Assembly (NCBI GenBank): GCA_030390025.1
Contig: JASTWF010000048.1
Coordinates: 2,046,001 to 2,110,000, forward strand
Reading direction: 5' to 3'
DNA: 64,000 bases
Source of the DNA: Squalus acanthias
Lineage: Eukaryota
The notes under the pieces: generated by a model
Database searches by the model: none
What the model was told of the DNA's origin: nothing
What the model saw: only the letters and a program-made list of their open reading frames with translations
Shown: piece after piece, positions 24,397-37,267 of the stretch
Layout of the letters: every line of letters starts with the position of its first letter
How positions within the stretch are numbered: position 1 is the stretch's first letter
Position numbers and translations under genes: made by a program

Positions 24397-24895
24397 CCGT
24401 GGAGAAAGACAACACACTGTCCGTGTGTAAAATCCCGATAGTCTATTTACATCCTTTGCTTCTTTCTATCATTCTTTCCTTGTTTCTCACGTGTTTTTCT
24501 TTTCTTCTTTCTTCCTTCCTTCCTTTCTGTCTTTCTTCTTTCTTCCTTCCGTCCTTTCTGTCTTTCTTCTTTCTTTCATCTTTCTTAAATTCTGTCTTTC
24601 TTTCATTCTTTCTTTCTTTCTATCATCCTTTCTTTTCTGCCTTGTTTCTATCTTTGTATCATTCTTTCTTTCTTTCTTTCTTTCTTTCTATCTTCCTTTC
24701 GTTCTATCGCTCTTCACTCCATGTAACTTAATCTTTCATTCCAACTTTCTCAGTGCCTTTTTTCTCTTTTTCTCACTTTTATTGGAACCCGCTTCTTGAT
24801 CTTGTCAAAAGCATGTTCGCTCTGCTTAAATTAAACCTAACAGGACTCAGCGCAGAGCGGTTTTATCTCAAACAGGTGTTTCCTGCCGCCTTTGG

Positions 24896-24934
24896 GGTTT
24901 TTGTTCAGCTCCTCCAACTCTCTGAGTCACTGTG
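24896..24934 (-). other. 23-RSS of A8
   Basis: CACAGTG-23-ACAAAAACC. Confidence 0.97.
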
Positions 24935-25439
24935 CAGACTTCAGGCGCAGTAATACACGGCCGAGTGATTCGCCCGCAGGCTGGAGGACTTCAGGTTGAA
25001 CTCTTTGTCATTCGGTCGCTCGGCGGTGAAACCGTCCACCATCCCCTCTGGATTCACAATATTGGTACCCGCGGAGATAAACATGGATTGCGGCCCCTTC
25101 CCCGGGTCCTGTCTGTACCAATACATGTAATTGCTACTGGCACCCTCGAAGTTGCACTTTAGTTCGACTCCCTCCCCAGCAAATTTGGAGACAGCGGCGG
25201 GAATCTGGCGGATAGTCTGCGAGTTCGCGTCTGAGAAAGAGACGGGGAGAGGAGGAGATTAGTAACCAGGTGTATTCTGGTTTGTGGGGAAAGAAAGATG
25301 TAAAGAACGAGAGAAAGAGAGAATGAAGGAACCAACGAAGGAAAGAAAGAAATAGTAAAGAATGGTTATTAACAAAGATTATTGTGTGAAAAAATCACTT
25401 ACATTGAAATACAATTATGAAACTCAGTAACAGATACAT
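24935..25439 (-). pseudogene. TRBV: TCR beta V family A (A8): intact except TGA stop at the CDR3-proximal Trp
   Basis: Leader 25403-25439; V exon 24935-25230 in frame to YYCA-TGA-AGT-CTG; perfect RSS. Confidence 0.85.
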
Positions 25440-26647
25440 CTTTAACTAGAAGATTTACTTTTAAAAATGAAACCAGCGAAACAACAGAGTTGAGTCTTGT
25501 GAGGATCAAACACGCTCTTTTCAAGTCATTCAGGAAACCATGAGGAGCGTAAGGAAGTGATTCAGGCCACCCGCCCATCTCGGATTGACAACACCGCTCC
25601 TCCACTCCCAGGCTGGTTGATAGCCACGCCCCTCCCAGGCTGATTGACAGACCCGCCCTCACTCCGTGAAACATATTCCCGCCCCTCCCTCTCTGTTTGG
25701 CAGTAAGTCGAGCAAACGGGAGCAGGAGTTGCAAGGTTAACCTAAACAGCTTACGTGAATGAGAAAAAAAACAGCGGCAGGTAGAGTTTAACGTGGAACG
25801 TGGGCAAGTATGAGGTCATCCACTGGGGGCCTGAGGAAGAAACATCAGAGTGTTTTCTAACTGATGAGAAGCTGGAAACTGTGGAGGAGCAAATAAATTT
25901 AGTTGGCCAGGTACACAAATCACTAAAAGCCAGGATAGAGGTGCAAAAAGGAATCAAACAGATTAATGGAATTGTGGCCTTCATGTCAAGGATGCTGGAA
26001 TAAAAAAGGGAGGAAGTTATGCTTCGGTTGGACAGAGCCCTGGTCAGACTCCATCTGGCAAACTAGGTTCAGTTCTGGGGAATGCAACTCAGGCAGGACG
26101 TTTTGTCCTTGGAGGGAGTGCAAGGCAGATTCACCAGAATGATACCAGGGCTTAGAGGGGTAAATTATGCAGACAGGTTGCATAGACTAGGCTTGTATGC
26201 CCTTGAGTATAGAAGATTGTGGGGTGAACTGATTTAGTCTTTTAATGTTAAAAGGTGTTGATAGGGTAGATAGAATGAAAGTATGTCCACTGGTGGCGGA
26301 GTCCAGAGCAACGGGACATAACTTTACAGTGAGAGCTAAGCCTTCCAGGTGTGAGTGCAGGAAGCACTTCTTTACAGAAAGGGCAGTGAGAATCTTGAAC
26401 TCTCTCCCCCAAAACGATGTGGGTGCTGGCGGTCAATTGGAGATTTCTCGACCGAGATTGACAGATTTTTTCTTGGGTTAGTAAGCAGATCAAGAGATAG
26501 GGAGCAAAAGCGGGTAGATGGATTTGAGATAAGTTCCAGCTAAGATCCAGCAGAATTACGAAGCAGGCTTGAAGAGCTGAATGGCCTCCTGTTCCTGTGT
26601 TCCTATTAAACCATGTTCCCCAGGCACTGATGTGTTTGATTGTCCTA

Positions 26648-26664
26648 GAGCGCCCTCTGCTGTC
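26648..26664 (-). promoter_or_regulatory. Putative CTCF-binding element
   Basis: GACAGCAGAGGGCGCTC. Confidence 0.6.
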
Positions 26665-27411
26665 ATTGTGGAGATACAGAGCGTCAGTCGACAANNNNNN
26701 NNNNNNNNNNNNNNNNNNNNNNNNNNNNNNNNNNNNNNNNNNNNNNNNNNNNNNNNNNNNNNNNNNNNNNNNNNNNNNNNNNNNNNNNNNNNNNNNNNNN
26801 NNNNNNNNNNNNNNNNNNNNNNNNNNNNNNNNNNNNNNNNNNNNNNNNNNNNNNNNNNNNNNNNNNNNNNNNNNNNNNNNNNNNNNNNNNNNNNNNNNCT
26901 CATTATATCGTTCTTTCCTTCTTTACTTATATCTTTATTTCTCTCTTTCTTTCTTTTTTCAGACCTTCTTTTCTTTCTTTCTTTTTGCATTGATTATTTT
27001 CATTTGCTTTGCTCAGAGCCAAATTCACCTACCATTTAAAGACAGTGACCTCGGCTGAGTGAATGTCCTCAACACTTCAGACAGGAGAGGTTGATGTTGT
27101 GCTCGATCAGCATGATCTTCTATTCCTTTCACCCCTCATATGCTTATCTAGCTTCCCCTTAACTGCAACTATGTCATTCCTCTCCACTACTCCCTGTGTT
27201 AGCGAGTTCAACATTCTCGCCACACTCTGGGTAAAGAAACTTCTCCTGAATTCCATATTTGGATTTATTAGTGACTATCTTACATTTATGACCCCGAGCT
27301 TTGGTCTTCCTCACAAGTGGAAACATCTTCCCTACATTTATCCTATCGAACGCCTTTCATAATTAACGCTATCAGCTCACGCCTCAGTCTTCTCTTTTCC
27401 AGAGAAAGCAG

Positions 27412-27740
27412 CCTTCCCCGGGTATTGTCTGTGCCGGAACATGTTATGGTTACTGACAGACTTCACATAGCATTTCAGGCCCACACGCTCCCGAGGTAAT
27501 TTGGAGACAGCGGCGGGAGTCTGGCGGATACTCTGGGAGCTCACATCTGGGAAAGAGACGGGGAGAGGAGGAGGTCAGTAAACAGGGTCATTCGGGCAAT
27601 GGGGAATGGGAGCAAGAGCGAAAGAAAGAAAGAGAGATAGAAAGAAAGAAATAAATTAAATGGAGGTTGTTAGCAATAATTATTGTTTGAAAATTTCTCT
27701 TCAGTTGGAACAAGTTCAGCAGACCCAGTAACAGATATAT
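27412..27740 (-). pseudogene. TRBV: TCR beta V family A remnant (A9)
   Basis: Start codon ATA and donor lost; V exon from 27546 runs only to FR2 (..QYPGK) then fuses to a CR1 remnant; no RSS. Confidence 0.85.
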
Positions 27741-27927
27741 CTTTTATTTTAATATGTACAGCTAATGAGGGAAGGAGCGACAGCAGGAGCTTTGAGTGTT
27801 GCGAGGAGACAAAGCGCTTTTTTCAAATCATTGAGAAAAATATGAAGAGCATAAGGAAGCAATAGAAGGACGGTAAACACCCTCTTTCTCCAGTTCAAAA
27901 AATCGGAATCGACGTGTTTCCTAATGT

Positions 27928-27951
27928 CTCCCCCTTTCTCTCTCTGTCTCT

Positions 27952-27994
<43 letters not shown>

Positions 27995-28515
27995 GCTGTT
28001 CATCCGGCTCTCTCTCTGCCTCTCTCCCTGTCTGGCTGTGTATGTTTCTGTCTCTCTCGCTTTATGTCTCTCTGTACATGTGTGTCACTCTCTATGTCTG
28101 TGTATGTGTGTGTCTCCCTCTTGTCTCTCTGTCTCTCTCTCTGTCTCACTCTCTCTCCTATCTCTCGCTCCCTTCCTCTCTTTCTCGCTGTCGCTCTTTC
28201 ACTTGCTTTTTCTCTCTGTGTCTCTCTCTTTCCTCTCTCTGTCTCTCTCTTTCCTCTCTCTGTCTCTGTGTTTCACTTTCACTCGCTTTCTCTCTCTCTC
28301 TCTATATCTCTCTATCTTTCCCCTCTCTGTCGCTGTGTTTCTCTTTCACTCGCTATGTATCAATCTCTGTCTCTCTTTCAAATCTCTTTCGTCTCGCTGC
28401 CTCTTTCACTCGCTTTCTCTCTCTCTTTGTCTCTCTATTTCCTCTCTGTCTCTGTCTCTCACTCTCTCACTCCCTCACTCGCTAACTCTCTCTCTCTCTC
28501 GCGTTCTCTCTCTAT
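27928..28515. repeat. (CT)n-rich low-complexity tract
   Basis: Degenerate CT/CTGT microsatellite. Confidence 0.95.
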
Positions 28516-28856
28516 TAAGTCAAACTGCATTGAAAGGTAAACGTGCGCTGAACAGAGCTGTTCTCCAGATTCAGACAGTGGAGCAGGAGTGAGAGATACG
28601 GGTTCCCACAGGCCCGCACTTCCATCCCCCTCCACTCCTCCTGATTAAACCACAAGTGCACGGATTGGTTACTTGTTGCGGGGCGTGGATGACGTATGAT
28701 GTCAGACTACACGCCTCACCATCTTGTCCCCAGTCATTTAATGCGGGGAGGGCAGAGGAGGGAATAGGGGATGCGAGGGGCGGGAGACGAAGGAGTTGGA
28801 GAGAGGAGAGGAGGGGAAGGAGCGAAGTAGAAATCAAGCACTGAACTAATATCTAG

Positions 28857-28875
28857 TGCTGTCACCTGGTGGCGG
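28857..28875 (-). promoter_or_regulatory. Putative RSS-proximal CTCF element (B10)
   Basis: CCGCCACCAGGTGACAGCA. Confidence 0.55.
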
Positions 28876-28891
28876 TAAATGAGCACTGAAC

Positions 28892-28930
28892 AGGTTTTGT
28901 AGCGGGGGAGCCGCTTTCTCAAACGCTGTG
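28892..28930 (-). other. 23-RSS of B10
   Basis: CACAGCG-23-ACAAAACCT. Confidence 0.9.
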
Positions 28931-29224
28931 CGGTACTACAAGCACAGTAATAGACATCCGTGTGAGACGGAGAGGCGGCTCTGAGTTCCAGAGTAAACAG
29001 CGTAGCGCTGCTTCTTTCGGCCTTAAAAGTCTCGGTCGTGTATTTCGTAACAGCTCCTGCTCCAACAGAATAGAAAAGAGCTTCTAATGCCCGGTCGGGT
29101 TGTTGTTTGTACCAGTACATTTCGGTATAGCCAGTATTCGTCAGCGTGCAAGTGAGCGTGGTCGACTCTCCTGCTCCAATCGATAGGACAAAAGGCGACT
29201 GCTCCACGTACGAGGCGAGTATTC
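28931..29224 (-). CDS. TRBV: TCR beta V exon family B (B10); leader not visible (N gap)
   Basis: ILASYVEQSP..LTCTLTNTGYTEMYWYKQ..YYCACST, AG acceptor intact. Confidence 0.85.
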
Positions 29225-30124
29225 CTGTCGAATGCAACATCGATTAGTTTCTTATTTTTGTCAATAATTTATTTGAGCACGGACTACAGAGAAAAAGATT
29301 TTCCATTCATAAAGCGNNNNNNNNNNNNNNNNNNNNNNNNNNNNNNNNNNNNNNNNNNNNNNNNNNNNNNNNNNNNNNNNNNNNNNNNNNNNNNNNNNNN
29401 NNNNNNNNNNNNNNNNNNNNNNNNNNNNNNNNNNNNNNNNNNNNNNNNNNNNNNNNNNNNNNNNNNNNNNNNNNNNNNNNNNNNNNNNNNNNNNNNNNNN
29501 NNNNNNNNNNNNNNNNNNNNNNNNNNNNNNNNNNNNNNNNNNNNNNNNNNNNNNNNNNNNNNNNNNNNNNNNNNNNNNNNNNNNNNNNNNNNNNNNNNNN
29601 NNNNNNNNNNNNNNNNNNNNNNNNNNNNNNNNNNNNNNNNNNNNNNNNNNNNNNNNNNNNNNNNNNNNNNNNNNNNNNNNNNNNNNNNNNGAACGTACAG
29701 ATAGGGCTTCGATGGTTAAATTAAGAGGTCAGGCTAAGAATCAATTGGAACTTTCAAGACTGAGATTGATAGGTTTTTGTTGCGTAAATGTATTGAGGAA
29801 TATGGAGCAATGGTGATTAGTTTGAGTTGAGACACACGTTAGCCATGATATCATTGAATGGGAAGTCAGGCTCGAGGGGCTCAATGGCCTCCTCTTCTTC
29901 CTAGGTAACAGGCTCGCGTAGTTACCCGGCCTTCTCCGGTAGATGTGTATCTGGTTCTATTGCCATATTACCAGATTGTCACTTCCTGCTCCTATGTAAC
30001 AGGCAAGAGGAATGTATGACCTCTTCCTTTTCCTGAGTAACAGGAGCAAGGGGATTGAATGGCTTCCTCTTCCTCCTGTCTTCGAGCAAAACATATTCAA
30101 TCAACTGAATGATTCGTGGTCCGA

Positions 30125-30142
30125 GAGCGCCCTCTGCTGTCC
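30125..30142 (-). promoter_or_regulatory. Putative CTCF-binding element
   Basis: GGACAGCAGAGGGCGCTC. Confidence 0.6.
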
Positions 30143-30969
30143 CAGTGGAGAACGAAAACACTGTGTTCAGTGTGTAATCTCCACCAGTCTTTTTATTTTA
30201 GTTCCTTCAATATATCTTTCTATCCTTCTTTCTGCCATTCTTTCAGTTTTTCGTTTGTTCTCTCTCCCTTTTTTTTCCTGGTTTTCTTTCTTGATATCTA
30301 TTACTATTTTTCTCACTATCTACATTTCATGTTATCATTCTGCAGTACATCTAACAATCTTTCTTTGCTTTTCTCTGTTCCCTTTATATACAATGATAAA
30401 AGAGGTAGGTTTTAAGGAGCGTTTTAATGTAGGAAAGAGAGGTAGCGAGGCGGACACGTTTAGTAAGGCAATTCCAGAGCTTAGGGCCGAGGCAACAGAA
30501 GGCACGGCCACCGATGGTTGAGCGATTGTTATCAGGGATGCTAAGGAGGGCAGAATTAGAGGAGCACAGATATCTCGGTGGCTTTTGGGGCTGAAGGAGA
30601 TTACAGAGGTAGGGAGGGGCGAGGCCATGGAGGGATTTGAAAACAAGAATGAGAATTTTGAAATTGACGCGCTGCTTAACCGGGAGCCAATATTGAAGAC
30701 CTCTATCAGGTCACCACTCAGCCTTCTCCTTTCTAGAGAAAAGAGCCCCAGCCTGTTCAGACTTTCATGATAGTTATAACTTCTCAGTTCCTGTATCATT
30801 CTTGTTATTCCTGATTTTCAGCTCCTTCAGTGCCTTTACATCTAATCTCTAACGTTATATCAAACCCGTCTCCTCTTCTTCTCAAAAGCACCTTCGCTCT
30901 CCAAAATATACCCAACAGGGCGGAGCAGCGACGGTTTTATCTTAAACAGGTGTTTCCTGCCGCTTTGGG

Positions 30970-31008
30970 GTTTTATTTTGAGCTCCTCCAGCTCTCTGAT
31001 TCACTGTG
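30970..31008 (-). other. Weak 23-RSS of A11
   Basis: CACAGTG-23-AAATAAAAC. Confidence 0.8.
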
Positions 31009-31377
31009 AAGATTCCAGGCGCAGTAATACACGGCCGAGTGATTCGCCCGCAGGCTGGTGGACTTCAGGTTGAAGTTGTAGTCATTCGGTCGCTCGGCGA
31101 TAAAACCATCCACCGCCCCCTCTGCAGTTAAACTTTGTACAGTTAGAGAGATAAATATAAACTGCGGCTCCTTCGCTGGATATTGTCTGCACCAGTACAT
31201 GTTAGGGGAACCTGCTCCCTCAACAGTGCATTTCAGTTCCACTCCATCCCCAGGAATTCTGGAGAGAGCGGCGGGCGTCTGGCGGATAGTGTGTGAGTTC
31301 ACGTCTGAGAAAGAGATGGGGAGGAGGTCAATAAACAGGGAAAGAAAGAAAGAAATAGAGAAAGAAAGAAAGGAACA

Positions 31378-31417
<40 letters not shown>

Positions 31418-31518
31418 GTGGAAGGAAGAAAACCTAAAGAAAGGTTATTAACAGGAATTACTTTTTGAAACAGTCCCTTACGGTGACACAAGATAATTAG
31501 AACCAGCAACAGATACAT
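31009..31518 (-). CDS. TRBV: TCR beta V family A (A11): open frame, WYRQ>WCRQ, degenerate nonamer; exons 31482-31518 and 31009-31304
   Basis: Leader MYLLLVLIILCH; V ..ELKCTVEGAGSPNMYWCRQ..YYCAWNL. Confidence 0.75.
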
Positions 31519-33059
31519 ATTTTACTTGAAGCTTCTCTCTTAATAATGAAAGGAGCGAGAACAGGAGAGTTGAATCTTGTGAGGATCCAACCCGCTCTAT
31601 TCAAATCATTGAGGAAAACATGCACGGCATTATGAGGTGTTGCAGGTTTGACAACCCCGTCCCATCCTCACTGATTGGCAGCCCAGCTACTCCCTTTCCG
31701 ACCGACATTAATAATAGCAGATGGGTGCTGGAATTTGCAAAGGGTACATAGACAGATTAAATGAATGTCCAAAACAGAGATAGATGGAGTTTAATGTGGG
31801 CAAGGGTGATGTCATCCACTGTGACCCAAAGAAAGATAGTTTCGAGTATTTGCTAAATGGTGAGAAGCTGGGAACTGTGGAGGTGCAAAGGCATTTAGGT
31901 GTCAAGCTGCACAAATCGCTCTGGGCCAGTAGACAGGTGCTACAATCAAAAAGTCTCATGGAATGTTGGCCTTTATCTCAAGGGTTCTGGAATACAGAGG
32001 AGAGAAAGTTATGCTTCAGTTGTACAGAGACCTGGTCAGACTCCATCTGAAACAGAACGTTCAGTTCTGGGCAACACACTTCAGGAAGGACATATTGGCC
32101 TTGGAGGGAGTGCAGCGAAGATTCACCAGAATGATACCGGGGCTTAGACAGTTAACATATGAGAACAGATTACATAGACTAGGCTTGTATTCCATTGAGT
32201 AGATAAGATTGAGCAGTGATCCTACTGAGGTGTTGAAAATGTTAAAAGTATTGGAGACTGTAGATAGAGAGAAGGTATTCCCTCTGGTGAGGGGCAGTCC
32301 AGAACTCGGGGTCACCAGCTGGGCATTAAAGCGAGGCCGATCAAGGGTCATATCTGGAGGCACCTCTTGACACAAAGGATAATGAAAATCTGCAAATCTC
32401 TCGCCCAAAGTACTGTTGAGGCCAGAGCTCAACTGGAGATTTCAAAACTTCGATTTGTGTTGGGGAAGGGTCTCATGAGTTTTGGAACCAGCTGGAGTTT
32501 TGGTTCCGATATTGAACACCACACTATCGGAAGTATATGAAGCCTTTAGAGGGGGCGCAGAGGAGATTTAATAAATGGTACCAGGGACGAGGGTCTCCAT
32601 TCAAATTGAGAGACTGGAGAAGAAGGGATTGTTCTCCTTATGGCGGAGATGATTAAGGGGGCATTTAATGGAAGTGTTCAAAATCATGAAGGGTTTTGAT
32701 AGAGTAAATCAGGAGAAACTGTATCCAGTGGCAGTAGCGACGGTCACCAGTGGGCAAAATTTAAGGACCGGATAAGGGTATGATGATGTTATTATTTATT
32801 GTACAGCGCGCTGTTATGGTTTGGAATGCACTGCCCGAATGGTTGGAGGAAGAAGATTCAATAATAACTTTCCAAAGGCAATTGGATACACACTTGAAGC
32901 GGGACGTTTACTGGGCTATGAGGCAAAGACACGGGAATAGGACTAATTGGATAGCTCTTTGAAAGAGCCGGTACAGGAAGGAATGACCTCGTTCCGTGCT
33001 GTATCATTCTATGATTCTATGACATGTTGGCAGAATATTTGCACGGAAATAAAGTCTAG

Positions 33060-33078
33060 TGCTGCCACCAGGCGGCGG
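33060..33078 (-). promoter_or_regulatory. Putative RSS-proximal CTCF element (B12)
   Basis: CCGCCGCCTGGTGGCAGCA; also reads GCCACCAGGCGGCGG on the plus strand. Confidence 0.55.
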
Positions 33079-33112
33079 GAAATGAGCACTGAATTCCCAG
33101 TCATCCGCTGCA

Positions 33113-33151
33113 GGTTTTTGTAGCTGGGGAGCCGCTTTCTCAAACGCTGTG
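33113..33151 (-). other. 23-RSS of B12
   Basis: CACAGCG-23-ACAAAAACC. Confidence 0.95.
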
Positions 33152-34059
33152 CGATACTACAAGCACAGTAATAGACAGCGGCGTGAGACGGAGAGGCGGC
33201 GCTCAGTTCCAAAGTAAACAGCGTATCGCTGCTTCTTTCTGGCTTAAAAGACTCGGTAGTGTACTTCGTAACAGCACCTGCTGCAGCAGAATAGAAAAGA
33301 GCTTCTAATGCCCGGTCGGGTTGTTGTCTGTACCAGTACATTGAGAGATAGCCAGTATTCGTCAGCGTACATCTGAGCCTGGTCGACTCTCCTGCTCCAA
33401 TCGATAGGACCGAAGGCGATTGCTCCACGTACGAGGCGAGTATCCCTGTCGAATGCAACATCGATTAGTTTCTTATTTTTGTCAATCATTTAGAGCGCGG
33501 TATACTGAAAAAAAGAACTTCCATTGATAAAGCGCATTCACGACCACAGAAAGTCACAAAGCTCTTTACAACCAATGAAGTACCGATTAAGCTGTAGTCA
33601 TTGTTGTAATGTCGGAAAGGAAACAGCCAATTTCGGCAGAGCAGGTTCCCACATACTGCATTGAAATAAATGACCAGTACATCTGTATTTTGGTGTTTAT
33701 TGTGGGGGTAATGTTGGCCCAGAACACCTGCGGCAAATTCGCTGCTCTTCATCATGGGATAATTTACGTCCACCTGAGAGTGCAGCTCGGTTTAACGCCT
33801 TCTCGGTAAAATAGCACCTCCGATAGTATATCACTCCCTCAGTGCTGGTCACGGGAGTGTCAGCATAGATTCTTTGCTCAAGTCTCAGGAGTTAAACTCG
33901 AACACTAAACCTTTGATTCAGAGCCAGGTTTTCCACCAGCTAAACAACAGCTAACATTATAATACATTAAACTACAAAGACCCCTGCATAAGTTTGTTAC
34001 TTTGACTTACGTGGGATCAGTGCCACCATCAATGTTAGATAATGAGCTTCATGAAACAT
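33152..34059 (-). CDS. TRBV: TCR beta V segment family B (B12), apparently functional; exons 34011-34059 and 33152-33445
   Basis: Leader MFHEAHYLTLMVALIP; V ..LRCTLTNTGYLSMYWYRQ..YYCACSI. Confidence 0.9.
33513..33953 (-). mobile_element. Deu-domain SINE in B12 intron
   Basis: Paralog of 16158-16603. Confidence 0.75.
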
Positions 34060-36444
34060 GATTTATTCATTCGACACTGGCTCGCTGTGTGATCGAGTAA
34101 AGCTCAATACCACGTTTAAAGGCAGTTTCTCTGTTCGATCTGATTAAATACAAAGCATCCGGTTGTAATTGTCACTCATACGTCACTTTCTGCGTAGCCA
34201 ACGCTCCATCCCATTCCTTCGGTAGTTCAGCAACGTCATAGAATCGTCCAGCACAGAAGGTTAAGAGGAGAACTAATACAGTTGTTCAAAATTAGGAATG
34301 GTTTTGACAGAGTTGTTAGGGAGAAACTATATCCACTGGCAGGAGGGACGTTAACCAGAGGGCAGAGATTTAAGATAATTAGCAGTAGAACCAGCGGGGA
34401 GATGAGGGGACATAAATTTTATTGCAGACAGTTGTCCTGATCTGGAATGCATTGCCTGAAATGGCGGTGGAAGCAGATTCAACAATAAATTTCAAAAGGG
34501 AATTGGATATAAACTCGATAAGGAAAAAAAACTGGGCTATGGGGACAGAGCAGGGGAATGGGACTAAATGGATAAGAGGCACCAAAACTAGGCGCCTTAT
34601 GAGATATAAACTAATCAATCCAAGAGGGAATTCAGGAGTAACCTCTTTACCCAAAGTGTGGTGAGAATGTGGAACTTGCTTCCAGATGGAGTGGTTGAGC
34701 CAAATAGCATCGTTGCATTTAAGGGGAAGCTAGAAAGTACATGAGAGAGAAAGTAATCGAAGGATAAGCTAAAGGGTGTATTGAAGAGGGGCAGGACGAA
34801 GCCCGGGGGGTCAATTGGATATGTCTTCAAAAGAGCCGGATCAGACCCGATGGGCCGAATAGCCTCCTTCAGTGCTGGCGGATTCTGATTGTAGGAAATC
34901 GGAAAGTTGCTGGGGAAAATTATCTCCTGTTTGAGGCACTGCAGGTTTGTGTTCCTCTGCGCTAATCGAGAATTCAAGGGTTAAATTCATTTCTGGGCTT
35001 AATTCGCAGATTCTTTGAAAAGCACATCAAAAGGCGCCTAGACTCTCATAGAGAAGCGGGTAAACGGTTTTCAACAGATTATGAAACCGCTGTTAGGAGG
35101 CAGGTGTCCCGCTGACAAACATATCTGAAGATGCGTCTCCACTTCGCACACTTTGAAACATCAGTGAGATGTTTAAGGGCTCTAACATTAACTATTTCCT
35201 AATTATATCGAGTGTTCTCCTTTTTACAGAGAGGGTGAGTGGGAGATTTGCCAGAATTGTACCAGGGATGAGCGAATCTCGTTAGATGGTGAGACTGGAG
35301 AAGCCGGGGTTTTTCTCCCTGTAGCAGTGAAGGTTAAAGGGAGATTTAATAGAAATAGTCAAAATGATAAAGGATTTTGATAGAGTAAATAAGGAGAAAC
35401 TCTTTCCAGTGAAGAAGGTTCGGTCACCAGAGGTCACAGATTAAGATAAATGGAAAGAGAACCAGAGGGCGAGATAAGTGGTAATCTTTAACTCAGCAAG
35501 TTATGTTTTGGAATGCAATGTTTGGAAGTGTGGTGGAAGCCGATTCAATAGAGACTGATTTGATGGCTCTTTCACAGAGCCGGCACAGACTCGATGGGTC
35601 GAATGGCCTCCTGCTGTATTTTACCATTCTATCATTCCACGGTAATCAGCGCATCTCTCGTCACTATTGCAATAGCGCAAGTAACAGTAATCATTCACTG
35701 GTATAAACGGGAGTTGTGCGATACTGCTGACCATATATTCCACCTTCCGCTCATTCAACTCTGCCGTTAACACATCTACACGACCACGCAATCTGGTTGT
35801 TAAAATGTCCATAATATCTTAAAATTACGATAATCAGCACATTAATAAAACATTTCTAATGAATTACAATTGTTTGTAAACANNNNNNNNNNNNNNNNNN
35901 NNNNNNNNNNNNNNNNNNNNNNNNNNNNNNNNNNNNNNNNNNNNNNNNNNNNNNNNNNNNNNNNNNNNNNNNNNNNNNNNNNNNNNNNNNNNNNNNNNNN
36001 NNNNNNNNNNNNNNNNNNNNNNNNNNNNNNNNNNNNNNNNNNNNNNNNNNNNNNNNNNNNNNNNNNNNNNNNNNNNGAAAGGTAGATAGATAGATAGCTA
36101 GATAGACAGATAGATAGAAAGATAGAGAGAGANNNNNNNNNNNNNNNNNNNNNNNNNNNNNNNNNNNNNNNNNNNNNNNNNNNNNNNNNNNNNNNNNNNN
36201 NNNNNNNNNNNNNNNNNNNNNNNNNNNNNNNNNNNNNNNNNNNNNNNNNNNNNNNNNNNNNNNNNNNNNNNNNNNNNNNNNNNNNNNNNNNNNNNNNNNN
36301 NNNNNNNNNNNNNNNNNNNNNNNNNNNNNNNNNNNNNNNNNNNNGAAAGATAGATAAATACTCAGATAGATAGATAGATCTCATCGTTCTCTCCCGGTCT
36401 ATGTATCATTAGAACTGGTTAGGCGGTAGTGTCTGAGACGGGCG

Positions 36445-36483
36445 GGTTTTTGTTGCACGGTTCAGTCTGATTGTGTCTCTGAG
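36445..36483 (-). other. Defective 23-RSS of C13
   Basis: CTCAGAG-23-ACAAAAACC. Confidence 0.85.
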
Positions 36484-36770
36484 CATCACTGCAGGCACAG
36501 AAATACCGCGCCGTGTCGTTCGGCCGCACCATTGGTATCTTCAGCTCGAAGGAGTTATCTTCTTTTTTCTTGTCCCAAAATCGCTCCGTGATCCCGTCCG
36601 ACCTGCTCGGGTCACCTCCCTCCACGGCCTGCAGGATGTGCTGGGGTCCCAGGCCAGGGGGCTGACGGTACCAGTACATGTAAGGAGCAGACCCGCGTTG
36701 GGTACACGGGATAGTCACAGACTCGCCCTCTTTCACCGAGACATACTCCCGGGACTGCACCATCTTCTGA
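36484..36770 (-). pseudogene. TRBV: TCR beta V family C pseudogene (C13): leader, promoter and acceptor deleted
   Basis: QKMVQSRE..YFCACSD fused at ~36771 to CR1 remnant; heptamer CTCAGAG. Confidence 0.88.
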
Positions 36771-37267
36771 TAAAGGATATCAGATACATTAGACTTGGAT
36801 GAGATGCAGCGCATATTCACCAGACTGATACCCGGCTCTGAGATTGTTAAATTATGAGGAATGATTGCAAAGCTTGGCCTATAATAACTTGAGTATTGCA
36901 GATTCAGTGCCGAACTGATTGAGTTTTCTAAATGTTAAAGTAAGTTGATAGGTTTGATAGAGATAAACTATTTCCTCTGGTGGGGGGGGGGGGGGGGGGG
37001 GGCGGTCCAGAACAAGGGGGACATAACCTTAAATTTAGAGTTAGGTCGTTCAGGCGTTGTTTCAAAAATCACCTCTTCACACAATGGTAGTGGAAATGTG
37101 AAACTCTCTCCTCCCAGAACCTGTTGAGGCTGAGGGTCAATTGGAGCTTTCAAGCCTGTGATTGATAGATATTTGTTGGGTAAGTGTATCGAATTTCATG
37201 GAACAAAATCCGTTAGATAGAATGAAGATACAAATCAAACATGATCTCATTGGCTGGCATAGCAATT

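Noticed and set aside
27914-28592. Long Ser/Leu/Phe-rich ORFs (also 12579, 24318, 37534, 60811)
   Set aside because: Translations of CT and TTTC microsatellites.
30973-31518. 181-aa ORF reading through leader, intron and V of A11 as a single-exon gene
   Set aside because: The intron is 177 bp of TTTC repeat that happens to be in frame and stop-free; GT-AG sites are intact as in the paralogs.
36982-37002. Poly-G run (also 1312-1325) as a G-quadruplex element
   Set aside because: Single-copy homopolymer expansion inside TE remnants; paralogs have only 5-6 G.
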